A DNA stretch of 64,000 bases, from positions 1 to 64,000 of the forward strand of contig JAUFOQ010000017.1 of assembly GCA_040285855.1 (NCBI GenBank), in the 5' to 3' direction. The notes below the pieces were generated by a model. That model had not been told where the DNA came from. It worked only from the letters and a program-made list of their open reading frames with translations, and made no database searches. Each line of letters opens with the position of its first letter. Position 1 is the stretch's first letter. Shown here in pieces: positions 49,001-60,114 of this stretch. Made by a program: the position numbers and the translations under genes. This DNA is from Eukaryota sp. GEM-RC1 (Eukaryota).

Positions 49001-52000
49001 GGTTCAACCGTCGAGGAGGCCTATATACAACCGTGCTCTCGTCGTAGAAGGGAATAGACATCGGAGGACAATCAATGCCGTCAGGATGTATTTCTTCAGA
49101 GAAGACTTCGGAGTATTCGCTTAATAGGGTAAGCAATGCCTGTCGTCGTGTAGGATCATCTAGTAGTATCTTACAGCCAGAATCGTCAACTTTCCTCTCA
49201 AAGTCAATCAAAGATTGATTAGAGGGTTTAGACTTGCCGCACTCATCATTGATGGAAGCAATCGAAATTGATTGATCCAAGATGGGTTTTGATGGAATCG
49301 AAATTCTCTCATCAAATTCACTTTCAGTGTTTAAGATTGTGCGATGTTCTTTGTCTAATCTTATGATCAAACCATCATCTGTCAGGGAGCCCTAGATCAT
49401 TTTGCAAATCTCGTCCAATCAGTAATGTTCCGGTACCTGGAATTACGGGGAGAGAGTGCCTTTTGTGAATCTGGTTGGCCACACTTCCGACGTTGAACGT
49501 CAGAACACCAATTGCACTACCTAAGGAAGTTGCACGAATATTATTCGCTGAAATGTAATCAATACTGTCGTCAGTAATTTCCATTCCACAGTGACGAACA
49601 AGGTCCTGAGTGATCACAGAGCATGTAGCTGCTGTATCAAATTCACCTGTCACTGGAACTTTGTTAATCAACAATCGTAGAACTAGAGGCCCGTTACCTT
49701 TGTCTTTGATCCCTAAGTTCTGTAAACTATAAATCTTTCTAGATGTATCATCCTTATCCTCTTGTGTGTTGAGAACTGCCAGGGGATTGATATATTTATC
49801 TGGTGTATCGTTGACTGTTGTTCTAATTTGCAAGATATAATTATCGGTTTTATTCTTAGAATATTTAGAAAATTTACTACGACTATCGTCACCAGACCTA
49901 CGTTTTCTGGACTTGTCATCCGACTCACTGCTTTTACGAGGGGCTTTGCAATCCTTAGACAAATGACCTTTCTTGTTGCAGTTGAAACAAGCTCTTTCTT
50001 CTCGTCGAGAGGGACGTTCATCAGAACGTTGATTTTCGTTCGAGTTAGATCTCGTAGGCTTCCTAGCCTTTTTCAAAGCATTCTTGGAAGGTTTACTTGA
50101 TCTAGAGCTTCGTTCGTCGGTTTGAACACTGTTATTCCTGGCCCAAAAAGGTAGACTTCTTTCAAGTCATTAACAAACTCTTCGAGCATCTCAGGTTTAC
50201 GTTCAAGCACACGAAGCCACTTCATCTTTAGGTCTTCGAGGAGGTTGATGTTGTTATCGCAATCAACAATTTGGATCAAGTGATCAGCAATCAGATCTGA
50301 TGGCATTGCAATCCTTTCTTCCCCGATACCTTTGATGGCGGTGGATCGTTGAATGGCTTTTATAGCCGCATTCAAGAACTTTCCGATTTTCTCAGGAGGA
50401 TCCACATTGGATTTCGTGAAATTAATCCTTTGAAAACTCTTAGTAGCAGCATCCATAGTATTGTACTGAGGTTTCGTACAGAGATAACGCCAAACGGCTT
50501 CATCATCTGTTCCACTAGAAGATAATTCCCCTGTACGTCTCCAAGTATAAACCATGTTTTGGTTGATAAATTCACATACATCAGTAGGGTCAATCTCCAA
50601 GAGGGCAGTACGGCAGATGTCATATGAGTGGATAGGCTTTCCTAACTCATCATTGTACACCTTGTCTTCCTGTTGTCTAATGTCGCGAGACCAGAAGCTG
50701 AACTCTAACAGGAAGTTCAGGATGTTATCGGGATTCGCAGAATCCAACATCTTTGGCTTGAATTTCGACTTTGGGCGAGCTTTTGATTTGATTGGATTGT
50801 TTCCTAAAATCATAGATCCACGCAAGGCACGTGATCCAGCCAGATTCCTTCTATCTTCTTCATCTGAGTCGGGAGGAGATTCATCGTATCGAGATCTGAA
50901 AGGAGGTCGAGTATGTTCTTCTACTTCTGATTCTGAAAGAGGTTCTGGTTGAGCTGGAGTTTCCTCGAGTTCCGAGATCTGCATAGTTGTACTTAAGCGA
51001 TCTGGATTCTCGGTTATCTTGTAGACTTCTTCGAATTCTTCTTCGCAGACAGTCCTCGGCAAGCCCTTGTGTCTTTTATCTCCAAAAGCGTTGATCTCTT
51101 TATCACGTAGAAACTTCTTTGATTTTTTGTCATAAACATAAATATCAGAACCACCAGGTCTAAACGTTTTACCGGGGTAGGAAGAATTTGGAGGAGCGTC
51201 AGCATCTAGTTCTCGAATTGATGGAGAGTCTTGATATTTGCTTTCGCAGAGAGGAGCACCAACGCTAGGTTCAAGTCTTTGATCGTTTCGAAGACCAAAA
51301 GGAACAATCTCCCTGTTATCAGCTGGAGTAGTGCGAAACTTCTGAGTTAACGCTAAACCAGGTCCAACATTGGGAAAATCGTGAGCAGGGTCAACCCAAT
51401 CTGTAGAGACAGCCACATTGTGAAACACAGCAGCTTCTCGAGATTTTTGGTACACAAACCAAGGAGGGTGAGCATAAAATACTCGTTGACCAGAGGGGTC
51501 TCCAAGTTCAGCAAGTGGTTCAACAACCATTCCCATGGAAGGGTCCCAGACTTCATCGTCCGGAAAGCGAAAGGTATCCCCACGGCTCTCGTTGAACTTC
51601 TCACCCAGATACTTCTTGATGTTCTCTGGGGAAGTCAAAGGTGGTACATTCCTGATTAGGTAATGTTTCCTATGCCGCATCCTAGCTTTGAGATCAGGAT
51701 GACTCGGTTGAAACTTGGCATAATACCAGAGGGTTTCCGCAGTCATACCTGTTAAGCTGTCGTGGATGGATTCGAAGGGGATGAGATGATCAGGGAGTGC
51801 ATCCTTATGCCACAGAGCTCTATCCCTTAGGTAGTCCGGAGCGTTGTCCTCGATAAACCTTGCCCGTTTCCCTGCTTCGAATTCTTTCCGTTCCCTATTA
51901 GACATGGGTCTATGGGGTTTAACGGAGATAGCAAGTAGTCTATCTTGTTCTTCGACCTTTTTACGGAGAGCTAATAGTTCGGCCATCTCGGCTTCACGTT

Positions 52001-52571
52001 TCGCCTTCCTTGCCAAGTCGTCTTGGGTAAGTTCCTCAGAGTATTCCACATTAGATATGTCAAACTCATCAATTGACAGAGGATTCTTAGCTCCAGAGGA
52101 CGTTGTCTGTCGAGACTTCTTGGGGGTCTTAGACTCAGAGATAAACTGCACGTCTTCACCATCCGGGTTCAAACGGAGTTTTCGGAGTCCTTCAGCATCA
52201 GATTCATCCAGTGTAACATGGGTTTCTTTGGTTGTGACACCATCAATTCCCACACCAGAGTCTCTCTGTGCAACTCCTTCACCAATACTTTCAGGTTCTC
52301 CAGAAGGAGAGTCCTTACTTGACTTGGGATTTCTTTCGAGTTCTCCACGAGGAGAGTCTCTATTCGAGTCATTAGTCTGTTCGAGTTCTCCACTAGGAGA
52401 GTCTCTAATAGGACCATCAGTCTGTTCGAGTTCTCCACTAGGAGAGTCTCTAATAGGACCATCAGTCTGTTCGAGTTCTCCACTAGGAGAGTCTCTAATA
52501 AGACTTTCATCATTTGTTAGCGCATCTGAACCTTTAACAGAGCAATGATCATTGTTACCTGTATGAGACAT
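46032..52571 (-). CDS. Gag-Pol polyprotein in three frames: Gag, CCHC, protease, RT, RNase H, integrase, chromodomain-like tail
   Basis: CFNCNKKGHLSKDC; FDTAA; YIDDI; TDAS..TDHRNL; H..H..CPAC; DTIGP..SDNGKEF..NGLVER; GPF; EEHIVLEILD..VLWYG. Confidence 0.93.
52295..52500 (-). repeat. 45-bp coding tandem repeat in Gag (IRDSPSGELEQTDGP), 3 near-perfect and 2 degenerate copies
   Basis: Visible in both DNA and translation. Confidence 0.9.
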
Positions 52572-52645
52572 GTGGTAAGTATAAGTGTATTAAATAATGA
52601 AATTGGTACTAGAACACCGCCACGTATTAACACCTGTGGCCTACA
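52553..52645 (-). repeat. 5' LTR (93 bp), contains the first Gag ATG at 52571
   Basis: Identical to 45939-46031. Confidence 0.95.
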
Positions 52646-55542
52646 CCTGCTTTCCGATCTACTCCTGAGGAATTAATGTATCTTAGTCCTGCCGTTGGTA
52701 AAGTCGGAAAGTTGTTGACCTCTCATGTTCGAATTTGCCTGGCAAATTGAGGAGTCTTCTCAAGAACTTATTGACACTGCCCGTGCAGGTAAATGTCGGT
52801 TTTCTCATACACACATCAAAATTACTGCTTCAAATAATGCTGGAGCTGCAACTCTTCCTTATGAACTCATTGAAAGGATCTTCGAAGCGCCACGTATTTA
52901 CCCTGAAATTCCTTCAGCTGTATGTTGTTGTCTTTCAATTCTAATTAAAGCATGCTGACGTGTATCCCTGGATTGCATCTGCCACAGGTCTTTTCTACTT
53001 CTTCCCCCATTGGGCAGAAGAATATTCACTGGAAGAGTATGACGCATGTCTTAATGTTACTGAATGTTATGATCTTCTTCGTGGTTACATTTCAGAATCT
53101 ACTCAACTAGAACATGATGGAATTCCTACTTTTGGACCAGCAAATATTTTATTGGTTTCCGATCCCAAAGGCCGTGGAATAATGTTGAAAAATCTCATTG
53201 AAGCTGAAACTGTGTATAATGTATCAAATCATTGGGACAAATCAGAGCTTGATTGGGCCAAACATCACGATTATCTAGATGTTATTTTAGATCTTGGTTT
53301 CCACAGATCTCAGCTTAACGCGTTGTTTTCAATGAGAAACGATATTCAGGATATATTTGTACAACACCCCCGCATTGGTATTTGTAGTGATGGTGGATTA
53401 CCAATTGGACGTATGTTTCTTCTTTTAATTCACATTAGATCCTCGTTCTTATGGCTCTTTTGCTAGAATTTTCGACTATTATGTTTCTCAACGTAATCTA
53501 ATCACTTTACAACAGGCAATCTACAAAACAACTGGTCTAAATGCTGAAACTTACATGATTAAGGACCGTGGATTTGTAAGACCAGGTTATTATGCTGATT
53601 TGATTTTGTTTAACCCTGAACACGTCACCCAAAGAGCTCATTTTGCTAATTCTAGAGAAATGTCTGTAGGATTTGACATTGTCTTGGTCAATGGTAAAGT
53701 AGCTTTGAAGGATGGAAAACATCAAGGTAACTTTGGAGAACTTGTGCGATCATATGCAGTTCCACCTGAAGTCTAGTTTGTGATAGTTACACGTCAAACA
53801 ATCTACATTGAATATACACTGACTACTCACTAATTTTGATGATTAATCACTGAGATTGTCTTTGTAATTACTTTGTGCAATTGCACTCCTTTGAAGCTAA
53901 TTGTTATTTTCAACTGTTTGCGATGTATAAACTCTTTTTGAACTCTTGTGTAGTAGGTCTTTTAGCTAACAATAGAAACAATTTAAGTATGTACCACATA
54001 TAGCTGAAGAAATTCGCTATTTTTTATGAAAAAATGAACTCTTTCTTTCAATGTTAACCTCTACCCACAAACACATACGACTATCGTTATTTCTTGGAAA
54101 TTACTGGATATTCAGGGTACCCCTAGTAAGCATGGAGTCAGCACCGTTTTGGATAATTAAAAAAATCTCGGATCAACTATTAGTTACGATTATTACTTGA
54201 TTTAAATCCGATGTTCTGAAAAAATTTCAGACATAATAAATGTTTAATTGATGATATTTCTTGATTCCTTGTTCAATACAGTACTTTAGTTTTCCCAAAA
54301 AAAAATCACTACTCGTACATTCCTGAAGGCTTGAGTATTAATCTTAATACTTCTATAATGATCAGAAGTCAATTAATTGTGACTAATGTTTCAGTATTTG
54401 TACCAACACAATCAAAGTTTACATTCTGTATGTATTTCTTCAGAGAGTTTTTTAGAACAATTTTGTTTATCCGAGAATAAAAAAAAGATGATCTAATACT
54501 CAATAATTCAGAGTACTGTAGATGTATCCCAATTTTCTCCTTGATGATGTCTATGTGCTCTTCCATTTGCTAGTATCATTCCTCCAATTCAGCAACATCT
54601 TCATATTTCCTCTGTCTATACATCTTCAGATCAAGTCGATTATTTTTGAGTCGTAGTCTTGCTAATACACACGTAGATTCTCACAGTTGCTATTGGAGTA
54701 TAATAAACCGAAATGATCTAGTTTTTTCAGAAACAAAAGAAACAAACAGTTGACGCTAGAACCATCCGTTTTCGATTCGTCATTTGCTTTCATAGTTACA
54801 ACGCATTTGATACTCATGTGCGTATTTAATTGTGGTGTTACTATTGCCATCATGCTGAGATCAATGTGCACATATCTTTGGTACATACAGAACGATACGG
54901 TACTTACCGATTTATTTTAACCATACTGATGTCATTTGATTTTATTAAAAACCCATTTATGAATAATCTAAATGAATTTACAAATACTATTTTTTGAGTG
55001 GAGGTTCATTCACTAACCAAACACAGTAGTTCACATTGATACCACATCTTCTGATCGTTTAGAAATACTATCTGGGGGTTTTTGGGCCCTTTATCATTGT
55101 TATATTACGTCGTACTCACTCGTTAAATGCATTGTGATTCGAAGACGTAAATACTTTTGTTGATTTCGAGCGATTGCTGTGCTTTGTACCTAAAAATGTC
55201 ATTTTGGGGAAGTAGTGGTCAGCAAATGATGTACCCCAAATGTGAATATGTGTGACAATCACGATATTGTTATCCTGAGCAATGTTTAACGGTAGAATTT
55301 ATGACGATGGTAACTGTTAAAATCTCACATTGGATTATCATGTTCAAAATTGTAATAATTTACTTTAGTCTGTCAAAAGTACAGTACATGTACCAGTACT
55401 TGTATGGTACGGTACGCCTAAAATCTCCACGGTATGGAACGTTTGCGTTCCATGGCTGAACAAATGCTACTGTCTTTAACACAAATTCAACAGTACATGC
55501 AACTCCCGATATATATAGAAAAAGAAGCCCTTAACTAGTAGC

Positions 55543-56790
55543 ATGACCCAGACTCTTTTTCTCAATGAGCTCTCTTCCGAAGACCCTATCAGCACCTACA
55601 CCAAGTCTATCAGCGCCATTGTTCCTTCTGATTGCACAGAAGTAATTCTCTCCACTTACACTGCTGATCCTGACTTTCTTTTCTCTTCCGTTCCCCATCT
55701 TTTGACAATCCCCGTAACTTTCTATGTTGGTGATGATAGCTTGGTTTCATTGTCCAAGAACGGTCACATTCCTCCCAATGTCACTGTTATCAAACCACGA
55801 TTACCTTTACCTTTTGGTACTCACCACTCTAAGTTTTTTATATGCTTTTGTCCTAATCGAATAGTCCTCTCAATAACTACAGCTAATCTTGTTGAATCCG
55901 ATTGGTCATTTAGAAATCAGGCACTTTACTATCAAACATTTCCTACCAAACCTTCTTCTTCTGTTTCTACTTCCTCTCCTACGACTTCAATTACGCCATT
56001 GCTTGATTATCTTTCGTTTCTGTCATTCCCCAGGCTTTCATTGTTCGATCTCTATGACTTTTCTTCCATGTCTGTGGTCATTATACCCAGCCTTCCTGGT
56101 GTTTGGAAGGGAAGTGAAGCTAAGAAATATGGTCAGCTACGAGTTCGCGATGTCATTCCCTCTTCACCTTCTCATCACTGTACTTTATGCTTCTCCTCCT
56201 TAGGACGAGTTGGTCTTCCTTTTATTAGATCAATGTCTTCTTCCTTTAAATCTCCAGATGTTTCCCTAGTTTGGCCTACTGTTGATCAAGTACGAAGCAG
56301 TGCGATGGGTTATAAATCTGGTCTTTCTCTCTGTTGTAACAATCGAAATCTCAATCAACACGTGATATCACGTATGGTTAAGTGGGAAGCACCTAAGGTT
56401 TCATCAGAATTTGATAAGCAAACGGCCATTCAACGAGTTTTCAATGACAGAGCGCGCTACATGCCTCATTGCAAGTTCTTCATTAGAGGAAATCCTGATG
56501 ACGTGTCATTTGTATTGATGACGTCTCACAACTTCTCTACTGCTGCCTTTGGTACTGTAGCAATATCAGGTACTCAGACTATTCGTAGTTATGAACTGGG
56601 GGTGGCATGGATTTCAACTGAAGAAGTTCCTCTTTGTTGTTTTGAATCAAGAAATGTTACTAATTGCCAGTTCTTGCCCATACCTTTTCATTTCCCTGGT
56701 AGTTCTTATCGGTCTAACAGTGATCAGCCTTGGAGTTGGGACATAGACCATCATGAGCCTGATGTGTTTGGTGAGTCATTTAGAGTTTAA
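55543..56790 (+). CDS. TDP1: Tyrosyl-DNA phosphodiesterase 1
   Basis: FGTHHSK..TANL..DW; MPHCK..TSHNFSTAAFG..IRSYELGV; PW..PDVFG. Confidence 0.92.
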   Translation: MTQTLFLNELSSEDPISTYTKSISAIVPSDCTEVILSTYTADPDFLFSSVPHLLTIPVTFYVGDDSLVSLSKNGHIPPNVTVIKPRLPLPFGTHHSKFFICFCPNRIVLSITTANLVESDWSFRNQALYYQTFPTKPSSSVSTSSPTTSITPLLDYLSFLSFPRLSLFDLYDFSSMSVVIIPSLPGVWKGSEAKKYGQLRVRDVIPSSPSHHCTLCFSSLGRVGLPFIRSMSSSFKSPDVSLVWPTVDQVRSSAMGYKSGLSLCCNNRNLNQHVISRMVKWEAPKVSSEFDKQTAIQRVFNDRARYMPHCKFFIRGNPDDVSFVLMTSHNFSTAAFGTVAISGTQTIRSYELGVAWISTEEVPLCCFESRNVTNCQFLPIPFHFPGSSYRSNSDQPWSWDIDHHEPDVFGESFRV

Positions 56791-57358
56791 GAAGAAAGAA
56801 CATTGAAGAGAAGGGAAAAGTGTTTGTTGTTAAACACTTAAACGTGTTCTTCATTTATTTGTTTGTCTCAAGATATTTGATCTTTTATTGTGCTTGTGAT
56901 GACGGGATTGATCTCTACTAATCAGTGATTGCAAACATATTGAACCATGGATTTAGTTGTATTTTATATACACTTGTTTTAAAACTCATTGTAGACTTCA
57001 CGGCGTATTCCCTGGAAAGTGTTAGTTCTAGTTTAAGTAACTTCTTTTCCTTGTTCCTTTGTTAAATGAGTGACAATGATTCTCACTCGACAAGTTTTCT
57101 TTCACGAGTGTTCATAGTTTTATTTACCAAGGAAAGAAACAATAAATAGGATAAGATATCAACTTGAATAAGACTGTATTTGGTCAAAATTAAAACAACT
57201 CAATCCACTCTTGATTTTCAATCAAAATTTCTGATTGAATTGGTTAACGTTTGCGTTGTTTCGTTCAATGCACAGGTATTTTAATTCAATTTTAGATGAG
57301 TTGTTTGGTGATGAACAGAAGGATCATAGTTTAGATACTTTAGTTAGAAAAAATTGAA

Positions 57359-57402
57359 TAACTGTGTGCCCTTCATTTTTATAAATGAAGGGCACACAGT
57401 TA
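57359..57402. repeat. Perfect 20-bp inverted repeat with 4-nt loop
   Basis: TAACTGTGTGCCCTTCATTT-TTAT-AAATGAAGGGCACACAGTTA. Confidence 0.9.
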
Positions 57403-57657
57403 CATGACACGTGTTGTACTCACCAAAGTTAAAAAAGTTTATTGATGGAGGTCACAAAAATACATATCATAATAAAAGCCAGCACGGAAAATTCCTGGTC
57501 AACAGTACTTTAGTTAGTATCTGTTAGTTACAATAAACGGGGTTTATGATCAATCAGTTAATAACTAACTAACAGACACAAACTAAAGAGTTGTTAGTTA
57601 CTATTTTCTGCAACAGCATTTATTTCACTGATTCATCACAAACCCGTTTTTTTATTA

Positions 57658-59811
57658 ATGTCTCCACCTCTTAAATCCAAGTCTCTACGTGAGAAGCTTC
57701 TACGTCATGTAGAGGAGAAATCTATATCGTCTCTCACACATTCTCCTGACGGTCTCTCTGTCTTAACTGGTGGAGAAGACGGTGTTGTTCGTTTATGGTC
57801 CAGTACTGGTGATCCCCGAGCTACCATTCTTTCTCTACCTTCTCCCATTCATTCAATCGATTGGACTTGTAATTTCTCCACAACTTCTTCTTCTTTTGTT
57901 GCTGGCACTGCAAACTGCATCATACTCAAAACTCTTTCCAAGAACTCTAGACTAACCATTCCTCAGAACTCTAAGTCTCAAGTTGACGTGTCTTTTCCTG
58001 CTCATAAACACTTCGTCTCGTCAGTTAAATGCCATCCCTACCTAAACCTCGTTGCTTCTATTGGAGGTGATTCACAGCTCAAACTTTGGGATTTTTCTGG
58101 CAGATTGGTCTCAGAATCGTCACTTCCCCTTACTTCCCCAACCTCTCTCTCATGGTCTCCTACTGGTGACGTAGTTGCCGTTGGAGGTTACGAGTATGTT
58201 GCTCTCTTTGATAAACTTGGTTCTTGTATCAGGGTGTTCTCTTTTGTTGATGAACCTGCTCTTTTGGGATGCGGGTCAATCATTAATTTAAAATTTAATT
58301 TCAACTCTATTGTTTGCCAGTCATTTCAAGAACAAGAAGTTATTTTGCCACTTTCTGGTTCTTCAGTGAAAACGTGTGATTTTGAGCTGATTCAAATATC
58401 TTCTGACACTTTAATTTTGTACGATTTTTACGCTGATCGAGATTTCAAACTTTCGTCTCCAAATTCTTTTAAATATTTCTCTGCTATGGGAAAGAACGTC
58501 ATTGCAATCAATCAAGACAACTCAATCCTCTGCTATCAATATTCTAATGGTCACATGGGTTTACCCAATCAATTACAATCATCTTCTGGACTTACTTTGA
58601 CTGATGACGTGCTTATAGCGATGTCATCCAGTTATCTATGTCTTTTAGCCACTAGTGGTATCTTGAAAGTATATTCTTTGAATAATTCCAACAAATTTGA
58701 TCTACGGGTGTTTTCAGGTGCTTCTTCAATCAACACGTCTGGAAAGTCAGTTTTATCAATCACCAATCAAATAGTTTCCGTGGTTGATGGGTTTGATTGC
58801 CAATCAATTCGATTATTTGACCTTGATGTATCAAAACCTGTTATGAAGCCTTTCCGTCATTCGTCTTCAGTTATTGATGTTAAAATTTGCCCATTTCCAT
58901 CTGAGAAATCTCCAGCATTTCCAATTATTTTGGCCTTTTTAGATTCCTCCAAAAACCTCTACATTTTAGATATTTCCAGTTCACCCACCTCAGTCAAGAT
59001 CGCTTCCAATGTTTCTTGCTTCTGCTTCCACCAGTCTGCTCCCATTCTCTGCTATGTCTCTGGTTTTAAACTGTTTGTCTTGCCTTGTCCAGGAGTGTTG
59101 TACACAGACGACTCTCTTCATTCAGATATAACTATCGATGTATTTAGTCAATCAAAAATGATGGAACCTAAGTCATTGCCCCCGTCTGTCAAGTTCTTTA
59201 CTGATGTAGGGGTGACTGTCAGCTGTCCTTCTCAGAATGGGGATCATGTCGTTGATCACGTCATTCCGATTGCTCATGATGTGATAAGTTTAATCAGATG
59301 TGTTGAGAAGAAGCAGTTGTCAGGTGCAGTTCGAATTGCCACTCTTTTACAGAAAAACTCTCTTTGGTCGTTGTTAGCTGCATTATCTGTTTCTTTAGGA
59401 AAATTAAATATTTCCGAAATTTGTTACTCAAAACTCGGCAGAGTCGACAGAGTAATGTTTCTTAAGAACATTCGTTCTAGTAGTTCCCCAGAGATTCGAA
59501 AAGCTGAGTTACTTTTATTTAAAAAGAAATTTGATAAGGCCGAGAAGTTGTTTGTGACTTCTGGATTTAAGTTCAGAGCAATTGAGCTACACATTAGGTT
59601 TCTACAATGGGAAGCTGCTTTAGATTTAGCTCTAAATCTGAAAAGTCATGTGGATACGGTTTTAGCGTTGAGGCAACAATATTTGAAAAAGTACAATGAA
59701 GTAGAAAATCTTGAGAAGTTTTTGAAGTATTCTAAGGAAGTCACTATTGATTGGTCTGTGATTGAACAGAAAATTAAAAGTGAAAAAGAAAGAGAAATGA
59801 TTGTCCGTTAA
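57658..59811 (+). CDS. IFT80: Intraflagellar transport protein 80 (WD40)
   Basis: LLTGGEDG-like WD40 start; C-terminal FRAI..WEAALDLA..HVDTVLALRQQYL..V.IDW..I..KI..E. Confidence 0.88.
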   Translation: MSPPLKSKSLREKLLRHVEEKSISSLTHSPDGLSVLTGGEDGVVRLWSSTGDPRATILSLPSPIHSIDWTCNFSTTSSSFVAGTANCIILKTLSKNSRLTIPQNSKSQVDVSFPAHKHFVSSVKCHPYLNLVASIGGDSQLKLWDFSGRLVSESSLPLTSPTSLSWSPTGDVVAVGGYEYVALFDKLGSCIRVFSFVDEPALLGCGSIINLKFNFNSIVCQSFQEQEVILPLSGSSVKTCDFELIQISSDTLILYDFYADRDFKLSSPNSFKYFSAMGKNVIAINQDNSILCYQYSNGHMGLPNQLQSSSGLTLTDDVLIAMSSSYLCLLATSGILKVYSLNNSNKFDLRVFSGASSINTSGKSVLSITNQIVSVVDGFDCQSIRLFDLDVSKPVMKPFRHSSSVIDVKICPFPSEKSPAFPIILAFLDSSKNLYILDISSSPTSVKIASNVSCFCFHQSAPILCYVSGFKLFVLPCPGVLYTDDSLHSDITIDVFSQSKMMEPKSLPPSVKFFTDVGVTVSCPSQNGDHVVDHVIPIAHDVISLIRCVEKKQLSGAVRIATLLQKNSLWSLLAALSVSLGKLNISEICYSKLGRVDRVMFLKNIRSSSSPEIRKAELLLFKKKFDKAEKLFVTSGFKFRAIELHIRFLQWEAALDLALNLKSHVDTVLALRQQYLKKYNEVENLEKFLKYSKEVTIDWSVIEQKIKSEKEREMIVR

Positions 59812-60114
59812 ATTTTAATTTGTTCTTGTTTTTTGTATTATATCTTTGTTCACACTCTCAAATAACTGACTGGGCTGCTGTCATCGTCAATAAATCACTT
59901 ATTTGATTTTCTTGATTCATCCAACTACATTGTATGTCATTGTCTTACAACTTGGTTAGTAAACGTAACTATTCTAACAAGTTAATCATCATTTATTCGA
60001 CACCGTCATACAATGTACTGTATGACCTTGCCTTAAATGATTTGATGTGTCAGCAAAGCTCAGCAACATGAACATCAAAAATGTCAATTTCTCTCTTCAA
60101 TAACCTCACTTCAC

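Larger units (their letters stand above)
45939..52645 (-). mobile_element. Ty3/gypsy LTR retrotransposon, 6707 bp
   Basis: Identical 93-bp TG..CA LTRs; 4-bp TSD CCTG at 45935-45938 and 52646-52649; PR-RT-RH-IN order. Confidence 0.96.
45154..53776 (+). pseudogene. N-acyl-D-amino-acid deacylase (amidohydrolase)-like gene with N-terminal TM helix, interrupted by an LTR element; introns 45539-45566, 52920-52950, 53411-53438
   Basis: Spliced motifs PGIIDAHAH, GITT, GHGSLR, GLSLGLEYTP|AFRSTPEEL, SHVR, HADVYPW, SDGG, HPRSYGSFAR, DRGFVRPGYYADL. Confidence 0.85.

Noticed and set aside
49370..50160. Programmed ribosomal frameshifts in gag-pol
   Set aside because: Both breaks can be placed at short homopolymers (T-run near 50146-50149 on the minus strand, C-run near 49384-49386), and similar breaks occur in housekeeping genes. 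Sequencing error is simpler, though not proven.
51844..52548. 234-aa plus-strand ORF inside the LTR element
   Set aside because: Antisense shadow of the repetitive gag region.
54300..54910. Possible degraded pogo/DDE transposase on the minus strand
   Set aside because: Only a faint motif resemblance with multiple stops; not supportable without a search.
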